Assembly: GCF_037042905.1 (NCBI RefSeq)
Contig: NC_087245.1
Location: 41,728,001-41,792,000 of the forward strand
DNA: 64,000 nucleotides
Direction of reading: 5' to 3'
From: Lytechinus pictus
Taxonomy: Eukaryota
Shown: positions 27,101 to 39,100 of the stretch, one piece after another
How the letters are laid out: each line of letters opens with the position of its first letter
Numbering within the stretch: the first letter of the stretch is position 1
Program-made: the position numbers and the translations under genes
The notes under the pieces: generated by a model
What the model was told of the DNA's origin: nothing
Seen by the model: the letters and a program-made list of their open reading frames with translations, nothing else
Databases searched by the model: none

Positions 27101-30100
27101 AGGTCGGCGATTGGGAAAGCCTACAAGGCTAAGGACATGAAAATTTGTTGAGTGGGGATGATTTATCTTTCATTGCTTGTATTAGAAACAGTTCCAATTT
27201 CAAACTCCAAGTCCAAGTTATCTCACCGTCGTAAGGAATTCAATATAAGTTTGTAAGACTGCAGGAACCGCCTACTTGTACATTAACGAGTAATTCGATA
27301 CTTAGGCTTGTAATGAGTTTGATGAAACTTGGCTGCTTCATCATGAATCACGGGGAAAGTGAGATTCAATTTCGAGATGTGTTCAATGTCGTCAAGGATG
27401 ACGATTTATCAGATAATTGAACTCGACTGATTGCTTCATGGCGGAAAGGCTGAGGCAATTCTTCGTAAGAAGATACGCCTTTGGCATGCATATGCATGGT
27501 GTCATGTAAAATTGGGAAAGAAGGAAAACGTCACCGGTGCTTAGCGACGTGATGCTCAGATTGAAAGGATAAATCGATGGGCTTGACGGAGAGAGAACAT
27601 TGGTAATGGTTACAAGTCAAGGTCCCGATGTAACATGAATACATTAGTATCACATGACAAGGAACGCCTCGCGAATCTTAATTGGTGTTGTTTTGTGTTT
27701 CAATCTGTCTGTATTATTGGGGCCCGATACAGTACGTACGGTGGCGCTCTCTTCGCATTCAGAAGAGAGACTTTTCTTATCGATAGGATAGACACATTTT
27801 GTCTATTTTCCAATTGTCTACGTCATTTGATTTGTGTATTCACAGCTGCAATTATTTTGTTATATTCTTTTATATGATATTTTCTATAAATTATTATGTA
27901 TGTATGAATTTTATTTGAAGTGAATGAGTAATAAAGATTACTACAAAACAAAACCATTGATGTACGACGTACGTACATACGACGTATAGATACACGACGT
28001 ATGGACATGCAACGCATGGATGTAAGGCGTATGGACACACACAATTTACACTCTAAATGTAAAAGATTTAATCTGTTCCCTAATCAATGCACTCCTCTCA
28101 GAGTGAGGCGAGGGACCAGTCATATTGGAGTGGGATTTACATCTTTTGAGTATGCATTATAGCTCCTTCTGGAGTGAACAGCGTAAAGTTTTACTCAAAA
28201 AAGATGTAAATCCCCGGGGGGGCCACTTACATTGACGAGTGGATACCATGCGCGACCAAGAAAACACGTAAAAAGGATGTCTTTTTCAAGATAGGGCACG
28301 TTACGTACGTAACGTGATTAGGGTGTCAAAAACACAAAAATAATGAAAAAAGGGTATCTATTTCGCTAGGAAAGCTACGTGTTTAGGGTCACATTTGCGG
28401 GGATGATCAAACAAAATTAAAATGTTGTATAAAGGATGTCCTTTTTGCCCCAACACTACGTGTTTAGAGTCCCGATTTGCGCGAGGTGAGGAAGGTGGGG
28501 CCATACTAAACCAAATGGTGTGTAAATTAGATAAAACCGACGACCGCCGGACCCGTGACACAACAATAAAATATCGCTGTATACTTGTTTAGGGGTTCAT
28601 TTCAGGGAATAATTGCCAAGAGTATAGTTTTGTTTCCAATGCTTGTTAAGGGTAGGGTTTCAGACGCCAATATACTTGTTAAGGGGTGCATTTTCAGAAC
28701 ATGGAAAATACGTGTTTAGGGTGCTTTTCGAGACCCCGTGGTCGCGCATGGTATCCACTTGTCAATGGAAGTGGCCCCCCCGGGTGTAAATCCCACTCCA
28801 AAACGACTGGTCCCCTTGTCTCTGAGAGGATTATGATTAGTGACCATATTTAGCTCTTGCATTGTATGGATATCAGATTTTTCGCGTCCGAATGCTCTTT
28901 GATACATTGATACTCAATTTCGATATCGAATTGGCCGTTCTGGCCGTCGCCTCTGAGTGGTCGAACGTTCACTCATCGTATCAATACGTTTTATGAATAT
29001 ACCACTCTTTTTCATAAAGAATCGTGTTATTTACAGTTAGTTACAAGTTTTGCACACGATGGAAATATATTGAAAATGCATTGGAGAGTCAGTAGGTTAT
29101 AGGGGAACCGGTATTTTTGAAAATGTTGGCAACAAGCACAGTATTAGGATTAGATGCAAGTTTTACGGTAATGAGTCGGGGGGGGGGGGGGGCATTGTGA
29201 CCGCTGTACATGCCATACGATGTTTTTAATTGAATTTCCAATATTTCAAAGAATCTAATAACCTGTAACTGGAGATATTTATTTGGTGGACGGTCCGTTT
29301 GATTTACATGGAAGGATTTTTCGGTTTTGCTCAGGTGTTGGAACATGTGAGCATTATCTTGCAAAGCACATTGAGAAAGTTTTGCCAAAACCTTCAGTAA
29401 TTAATCGATATCTAAAACATTAACTTATCTAAAGAGACAACCTTCAATTAGTGCCTGGCATCCTGCCCTGGCCTTAAATCGGGCTACCCAGAAGCGACGT
29501 GAATGCATGTTATCTTCCGGTCTTACAGTTCGATAGTTCAATCCCAGAAGTTACCTGAAAGAAAATAAAACGCACTTGAGGGTTCCTTTTTTATTCCTGA
29601 AGGCTAAAACGACAATAGTAACTCAAACTGAGAATAATCCATATTCCTATATCTGAATAATAGGCCTACCTCAGTCGCATTTGCTCTATATACGGCGCCA
29701 TACGGCGAGTCGAAAACAGCCGTTATGAATTTTTTTTGTACCAGCTACATATAGGTGGTTTGAATGAAAATAAGTAAAACGACTGTTTTCTAATCGCCAT
29801 AAGGCCCTCGGAGAGCAACATGTGACCGAGGTATTACTCAATTATTGATCAATCTGAGAAGAATCTTTTCTCATATGTTTTGAAGAAAAAAAATTATAAT
29901 CAGACTTCGTTGCAGTCCAAATGAATGGCGTTCATTTGGTTAGTGTCCTCTGTGAATAAGGCAACTATCTTAATTTACTCGATAAAATTAGCATTTCACT
30001 AATTGCCAATTACTAGTTTTCTCCTTCTTCTTCTTCGTCTTCTTCTCCTTCTTCTTCTCCTTCTTTTTACTTTCCTTTTCCTATTGTTTCTCCTCCTTCT

Positions 30101-33100
30101 TCCCCCCTCCTCTCCAAGTCTACCTCTTTCCCTCCTTTTTGTGTTCTCGTACTACTATGACTATACAAACCTTCTTTCATCCTTTCAATTCAAGTAACCC
30201 TGATATAGACTTTTAATTGTCATTTTCTAATTAGATTATCCTAACCGAATACAGACCATAATAGACTGACAGTTGTCGAATAAATTCACCTGTCATTTCT
30301 GGCATCATGGAAACACAGTCATCACGAATTGCCTTTTAAGATAATTCAAATTTTATTCCCTTATCTTTTAATTCCCCCGCTTTCCTCTGACCCCTTTCTT
30401 CTTGTAAGTTCAATTTCTTCTAGTCAGAGTACTTTCCATCGTACCATGATCTAGCCTCTTGGTCGAGGCCCTGGCGGCTGCTTCTCGAGCGAAGCGAGGG
30501 ATATAGCGAAGCGCTCGCCAGGCCTTATTCGCTTCGCGAATTAGGAAATCCCTCGCTTCTCTCGGGAAGCACTCGACAATAGGCTAAAGTATAGGTCCAT
30601 GATCGTACAGTTCTCAGAGGTGAGATTAGGCATACATGTTAGTGGCCGATTCTTATAGGTATAGGTCCTCAGTGCACCATTTTTTAGAATTAGCGATCGA
30701 TCGGAGCATGTAAAGCCCCTTTCACAATTGACGTACGACCACTTGCGACCTTTTGGTCGTGCGACAGGCTGCAACAGGCATCAATCGCCAGTCATCTCAT
30801 AATATCGCACAGAGGCTTTCACAGTTGCAACAGCTGTCGTACAACAAAAACAACCAGTAAAACCCGTTGCACGAGTAAGTCGCTTATGATCCTATTGTGC
30901 TCGTGCGATCACATGCGAGTGTTGCACGAGGGATTGCGAGGGGAACGGTCGCACACAACGGTAGTGCAATGTTGTAAGCCGTTGCGATCGGTCTTGCAAC
31001 AGTCTTATGGCCCATCATATTATCGCACCCAGTCGCAAGACAGGTCTCTGTACATGTAGGTCGCTAGCACATGTGCAAGTGTTGTACGACCTCCAGTCGA
31101 GTAAATGCGACTACTTAGTTGTGCCACCTGTCGCACCAAGTCGTGCAGCATTGAACAACACTCCCACGATGATCGCCCGACCGATGGTACGACCCCGGAT
31201 ACGAGCTGATGCGAGTGAATCGGTCGTATTTGATCGCGTTCGGATTTTGAACATGTTCAAAGTTCAGATGTGACCAGTCACGACCACCTTGAGTTCGTGC
31301 GACCGTCTACAACGACTGCGAGTGCTCGCAAGTCACCAAGAGATCGATCGTGCAACAGCAGGAAAAAACTGTTGCAGGCGGTCGTAAACTGGTCGGATGT
31401 CAATTGTGAAAGGGGCTGTACGGTCGCATACATGCGAATGCAACGGTGGTGGAATGTTGTAAGCCGTAATTTCGATCGGTCTTGCAACAGTCTTATATTA
31501 TCGCAACCAGTCGCAAGACTGGTCTCTGTAGGTATCTAGCGCATGTGCAAGTGTTGTACGACCTCCAGTCGACTAAATACGACTATACGTAGTTGTGTCA
31601 CCTCTCGCACCAAGTCGTACAACGTTGAACAACACTCACACGATGATCGCCCGACCGATGGTACGACCTGATGCGAGTAAATCAATCGTATTTGATCGCG
31701 TTTGGATTTTGAACATGTTCAAATTTAGATGCGACCAGTCACGACCACCTCCGACCACCTCAAATTCGTGCGTTCGTCTACAACCACTGCGAGTGCTCGC
31801 AAGACACCAAGAGATCGATCGTGCAACAACAAGAAAAAACTGTTGCAGGCGGTCGTAAACAGGTCGTACGTCAATTGTGAAAGGGGCTTAACATTCTTGA
31901 TAATTAATTGATGCTGCGATTGATTTAACACATCAAACCATCAAATTAGCAAATTGTTCAAAGAAATCTGATTCTTAATTAACATGATTAAGTTAAAAGT
32001 ACGTACAATTTGTTAACAGAGGTCTACCTTTCTTGTTAATTATTGTGTTACTTATTTCATTATTATTGCAGTATTCCCTCGGGGGGGGGGGGGGGGGCGC
32101 CAGCTCAAAGATTCACCGTGTACATCAATCACAGCCGTCAATAAGTATAAAGGAGAGAGAAAACACACCCCCGCTAAAGTAAATGTAATTATTATGTAAG
32201 GTTTCCTGTTTAATTCACCTTACCGCACTATTCAACTTACAATCCTTGAACTATTTCGTCTCTTTAGTAAAGCATACTATTTGCTGCATGAAATGTCTTA
32301 AATTCGTTTCATCTGTCATTAGTTGAGTTTTGTGTGTTTCACCGATAGCTATTACATTCATATCAATCGTCATAATCTTGGTTATTAATTAAGTAGGGGC
32401 CTACATTTCCGACAAACTTATTGTGTATCCAGGGTGTTCAAAGTTTTCAGATACATGTGAGGTTCCATTCACGTGTCCATATTTCTCAAAACGCATGAAT
32501 TATTTATCGCGATTAATCATAATCTATCTACATATCCTGTGCATATACAGTATTCTTTGATTTCACCCGGGATTTCACCCACCCCCCCCCCTCCCCCTCG
32601 ACGAACTGTGATATAATATCCTTGTGGCTTGACTTTTACGAAAAACCGCCATGAAATGTATTCATTTTGGCTCTTCCCATCTTCTCCATCTGGGTTGGGG
32701 TGATACTAAAGATACAATCCCTTCCAAAGGACTCGAACCATGAACTTACAGGTCCACGACGAAATCATGCGTTCAGCATGAGATGGTGGCACCTCGATCT
32801 TAGCATCACATCGTGATCACAACTGCTAAAGGCCAAAGCAAGATTACTCAAATTTAGATACTGTCCGAGCTCCGAAGTGTCCGAACAAGTGCTACGCGTA
32901 TTATGTACCCACTGACCGCTGTTTGAGCGCTTCAATGATAGAAGTGGTATTTGATTTTCACTCTCTTCGCTTTCTTGAATCACATAAACTATACAATATT
33001 GCTTGATTGTCCTCCATTACGCTGTCATTAAGATATCCCGATTCTAGTTTCAAATTTTATATCACGAATTTACATTATGAAACCTTGACCCCGCAACATA

Positions 33101-36100
33101 AAAAAAAAACTTAGCCATTGATTTCTAAGCTGATTTCTAAGCTGATTTCTAAGATTGAGTGCATTTATTAATGTGTTTGATCTTTCGTAAAACAAATTAG
33201 CTAATTAGGTAACAGGTAAATGACAACGTCATCCTCACCATCATGCATGTCATGTGTGAAGTATTTAAGGCGTCTTGTTGCCCATGTGTTTTTGAAAGTC
33301 TTTTCTAGCTTGTTGGGGGGGGGGGGGGATCATTTTCTTTTGATTTCCCCGTTCCTTACGTTATTATCTGATAAAAAGCGTTTATACAGTTATATCCTAA
33401 GTTTTAAAAATATTCACAAATTTGTACCAGTGTACCGAAGATATCATTTACAAAAAAAAACAAATGCCGTATCAAAACAGATCAAAACAAAGGTTATAAA
33501 ACTGGAACCATGATATTAATACAGGTTCCTGATTCGAGATTTCCAAAGTTATATCATTTCCCTCGAGGCAGCTGGAAATAATTCATCTTTTTCATTTTTG
33601 AAGTAACGCTTGTCATGCTTGTGATTTGTTTGTGCTTTGGCCTGTTTCCGGGCAATAAATTGGCAGGATCTTTCTCCTTTTGGACACCTCCATTATACAT
33701 ATTTCCATTGTATTGAAAAGGAAATAAGACAGACAGTTATATGCCTATAATATCGATGTTGATAAATTGAAATTGAAATAAGTCTCTGGAATACATGCAT
33801 ATGCTTCGGAAGTTCACTCCGACAATAAGTTGGTTTTAATAGTAGCAGAAAACTTAAAGGTCAAGTCCACCCCAGAAAAATGTTGATATGAATAAATAGA
33901 GAAAAATCAAACTAGCATAACGCTGAAAATTTCATCAAAGTCGGATGTAAAATAATTTCGCTTAGTTTTCACAGAACAGTGATATGCACAACTCAGTGAC
34001 ATGCAAATGAGACAGACGATGATGTCCCTCACTCACTTTTTTTTATTGTTTGAATTATACAATATTTCACTTTTTACAGATTCGATAATAAGGACCAATT
34101 TGACTGAACCATGTATTATCAAACAATGCTAATTCCACATGTTCAGGGAGGAATTAATCGTTGTTTCATTGACAATGAGGAGAAAATTTGAATATTTCGT
34201 ATTTCATATAATAAAATACAAAATAAATAGTGGATGACGTCATCAATCTTCTCATTTGCATATTGACCAGGATGTTCATATTTCTGTTTTGTGAAATTAA
34301 GCGAAACTTTAAAATATCATAACTTTCTTATTTTACATCTGATTTTGATTAAAATGTTCAGTGTTATGCTTGTTCGATTTTTTTTTCCTTTTTATTCAAA
34401 TCAACATTTTGTTAGGGTGGACTTGTCCTTTAAATGATTAAGTTTAAAAACACTTGAAATATTAGTTAAGGTTTGATGGAAATTAATCAAAGAATATGAG
34501 ATTTATGCAGTTTTGAAGCTATTATTGCAATGTCATGCGAGCTGCTCTTCCATAAAATATTCATGTATTGATTGTAAATCCCATAAATTTCAATTTTCTA
34601 ATGAAACGTGATAAATAAAAAATAATGTTCTTCTCGTAAGAGCGTATGAAATGATTCGTCTGAAGATAATATATCCACCCCACAAATAAAATCACTATAA
34701 GTTTTATTTTATTCATTTTTTTTGAAAATGACAATTTGGGGAATTCATATCACACGACGTATGGAGGAGCTTCTCGTCTGTGACGTCACATAAAAACCTT
34801 TAAAAAATCATAGCTCCTTTATTCTTTGATGAATTTTCATCAAACCTTCTACAATATTTTTTTTCATATTTTCTGCTCTTGTTAAAACCAACTTAATGTC
34901 AGGGTGATCTTCCCCCTTAAGGTGAACAGACATTAGGCGAGACATCTGTTCTCCGCTGAATTAGTAGCGGGTTTTAGCAGTTGCAACGGGAACGGATGCT
35001 ACAACGTAGTTAATCTATTGAAAATGCCCGCCAAATCACAACGAAAAGCTGAGAGGTCTTCGTCGAAAATTGGTGTATAGTGACAGCTTATCTTCATAAA
35101 ATTCTGAGCGTTGTCCAAAGTAACGGACGACACTGCTGTCACCGATTTTCGATGACTGGTTGCTTTGACAACAAATTTTCTACGTTCCAGAAATCGTCCG
35201 TTTATTGGTTGCAAAAACTCCTTATTTTCCAGGGGCCCGTTGCAAAAAAAAAGATGTGCGTTCGAACGCACTAATTAATATGAAGCGCAAGTCCCTAACA
35301 TGTGATTTTGATTGGCTGATAATCAAGTTGAGTTTGATCGTAATACTTTCTAAAACGGGCCCTTTCCTTTGTCCATCAACAATCATTGGCGACGCCTCTG
35401 GACGGGTGTGTGTGTGTGGGGGGGGGGGGGGGCACGTTGGTGCACATTGCGTACCTCTACCCAGGCATTTTGTTTAGTTGTTTATTCTTATTTTCTTCTC
35501 TCAATCTTCCACCTTTGCAATAATTGTGAAAGACTAACTCCGGGGGAGGGGGAAGGGGGCTATGAAGCTGTTCGTAAGCTATAGGCACGATCACCAACTA
35601 GCTCTTTATCATCTTAAAGATTGATAGTGCTGTCTTTGAAAATGCATCTGAATTCAAGTCCTTATGATCTGCACTAGCGTACCTACGGGGGGGGGGGGCA
35701 GACTGCCCCCTGACGAGTCACAACCCATGCAAGGGACATATCCCTGCCCCCCCCCCTGACGAGTCTTGGAAGTTTTTTTTTTTTTTTTTTTTGCTTGTCA
35801 ATTTTTTTTCTGGTACGAAATCCTTTATTTGTGGTTGAAGACCTTTTTTTTTTTCTTGTCAATTTTTTTGGCGGACGAATTTGCCCCCCCCTGTAGAAAT
35901 CCTAGGTACGCCACTGATGATTTGTAAAAACAATTATGATAGGGTTATAAGAAAATCTATCCAATTAAGAAAAGGGACTAATCTAATATATCACAAAAAG
36001 GTTGCCATGTAAAACAAATATTTTTATAAATACCCATCATATAGCATGGTTTCTGCCTGTTCTCCCTTCCCAGGTAAATATTTATAACACATTTTTGGCT

Positions 36101-39100
36101 TCTACCAAGGAGATGATATCCTTGCTTCTATCATCCCACTCTTTCCTTGTACACACCCCCTCTCTCTTTAATCTTTTCGTCCATGTTCCTTGAATTACTT
36201 ACCGAAAGTATCGTGTTGGAGAAGAGAGTAAGAGACGATTTATACCCTACGAATAATCTATTTCATATGCTCACGATAAGTCTAAGCGTCCGCAATTATA
36301 CTAACGGTAAAAGCGCTGTTTTTATACAACGCCGCTTATACATGTTATATGAACTTTTATATAGTAGTCATTTAACAGTTTAAACAAGTGTTTAAAATGT
36401 TACACACTAATATTCAATCACCAAATTAAGCATGGTTGCTTATTTTTTGTTTTACTAGCCATGTTTAAACTGTTAAACAACTACTGTAATAGCGTTGTTT
36501 ACAAATTTCAAACAGGGTTTTTACTTTGTAATCTAATAAGGTCATTCACATCTGTATTTCTGTAACATTTTTTTTTCTTTTTTACTTCTGTCCATGTTTT
36601 GTAACTTGAGTAAATTTTTATTGAATGTCCTTGTAGAATTTATATTACATGAAATTTACGAGGCTGTACTGTTATTGGCAAATGCATTGTGGATCGCGAT
36701 CTATATTTGGGATTTGGAGTCGTTTAATGTTCATAATAAAATCAGATAGGTTATTTAAAAATTGAAGTATATTAAGAATACCAATGCCGATAATAAAACA
36801 TAGGAGTATATTAGGATTTTATGAATATCGATAACAAAAGTCTAAGACACACACACCCGTACACGCATATACACAGTGCGTATTAAAAGAAGTTAACACT
36901 TAGAAATAATACTGAAGCTTTTTCCACATTTAAATATTGGTACCTTGGCAAATGACAGTATAACTGTTGAAATATCTTTCCGCTTGGGTGAGCACCACTT
37001 CATTTAGAAAAGTTCGTAAAAAATGATTTGCGCAGTACTTGAAATAATATATGAATACCTTTTTAACTTGTTTTCTTGCCCAAAACACTTCAAAGGGCGT
37101 CATTGCGCCCCCTCCCTCAGCTCCCAACACACCGACGCCATCGTGATGGTATCTGCTTTACACGGAGCTGTGATTCACAAAGTGCGCTTCGCTAATTGCT
37201 CGCAGGGGGTCGCGTACAGTCGCCCATCGGTCTTCTGAACGAAAAGCGATTCCGAGCGATCCCCGCGAACAATTGGCGGAGCTTCCCAACATTTAGGCGT
37301 ATAGTTTTGCGCCCTTTTTTCGCATAAAATACGAATGTTTTTGGACTTTGACATATTTCGACATTCGCGTCCTTGCAAAGCCCCCGTGAAAATTAAATCC
37401 TTTTCGAATCCAATGCCTTTTTTCCAACATGAGCTGAAGAAATTGTTCACTTTCCTTCATTACGTATAATATGCACAGATATTTAGCTCCTTATCTAACT
37501 CGGTATTTGTTTGTTGATTTGTACCTATCCCGTGACTTTACGAAGTCGTTTGGGCACCCCCCCCCCTTTTTGCTCCCATCGAGTACAGCCTCAACCTCAT
37601 TCTGTAATTTTGCAAATTCCTGTTCTCTCATTTATGTTATATTCCAATCAATTGCGCTGTCTGTCTCATGTGTGGCTCCGTCTAATACCCCTTTCATAAA
37701 CCCATCCTCCAATTAGCCGCCTAAGAGTAATGCGGATAATTCAATAAAAATTGCGTTCACAAACTCCGAAAATAATCCGCACTATTTTTACGAGCGCCCG
37801 TCTTGAAAAAGGCGGATAATCGTCATGACAACTGCACACGCCCCCCCCCGATGCGGTTGTGTTGGAAAAGGGTGACCTTGTGACCGCAACATGGCAATTA
37901 TCCGCATTATTTGGAAATGCGTTCATAAAGTCAAAATCTGGTCCCGATGCCGCTATTATGCGGAGAATTGCAGCATCAAAATAATGCGGATAACTCTGGT
38001 CCTCCTCCGATTTTACGTCCAAATTATGCTGCTATCAGCCGCATAATTTGGTTTATGAAAGGTTCACTGCAAACTAATCTAATGTTTTTAAGTTCACAAC
38101 TGTGCGAGGCATTGGCATGCAAATGGGGGGGGGGGGGGCTTGTGGGTCTGTGCCCCAAGCATCTCCTATAAGACCAAGAAAAAAAGGTGAAAAGAACAAA
38201 AGTAAAAGAAAAGCGGTAAAATATGATTGTACTTGTTGAATATTCTGTTTTTCATATTTTCTCATATGACTATGCCATGATGTGCCCCGTAATCTTTTTT
38301 CCTCATTACACCAGTGTTGTGATGTCATTATAGACCCCTAACATTTTTTGTAACGTTGTAGCACACGATATGCCCTGTAATAATATCGATGTGCTATAAA
38401 TATGTGCCAATGAGCCCATGAAGTATGTCCAGGGTCCGTGTTTTTCTGACCACATTTTGTACGCGCTTGAACTGTGCTGGTGTTTTGTTTCTTTGTTTTA
38501 ATTCTTTGTTCTATGTGAGAAGTATTAGCCTTATTGCATTTCATTTCACTCGTAGTAATTTGACAAAAGAACGATGAGGGAGGCTTATTCTGATGTTGCA
38601 CACTGATGTCATTTGTGGGTGTTTTTTTTCATGTTTGATATAAATGGTTAAACTTGCCGTACATCTTTAGGGTAAATGACATACTACAGAATAGTTCACA
38701 TAAATACTTCCCTTTTTTTATATAAATCATTCATAGCCTTATCATCTAACCCCCCCCTTTTTCTTTTACTCACCTTCAAAATCAACTAATATTTCACACT
38801 TTATACGTTTGGTAAACAAATTAATTTATTGTTTCGAGGAAACAAACAAGATACTGGACCTGGATCAATTTTCTCATGTTTTTAGTTCATATATAGTGTC
38901 TCATTTCAGGAAATATTTTCCATTCTTATATTTCCTTTTCCTCTTTTTTTCTCTACCGTGTGAAAGTATCTTGTTTCAGTATCTATATTGAATATCATCA
39001 TGATTATTTAAGGTCATATTGAGCTCCGTGGTATAACCGGCCAATAAAACGAACTCAGGGGACAGTTTTCATGAAGATTTAAAACTGTTGTAAATTTTCT

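Noticed and set aside
25700..27650. Possible decayed coding sequence or nested gene in the long intron
   Set aside because: No motif found in the frames I read; 26880-26975 matches a repeat fragment at 20340-20420.
31007..31931. Paired similar ORFs suggesting duplicated small genes
   Set aside because: They arise from the duplicated half of a Harbinger-like MITE; frames are not conserved between copies.
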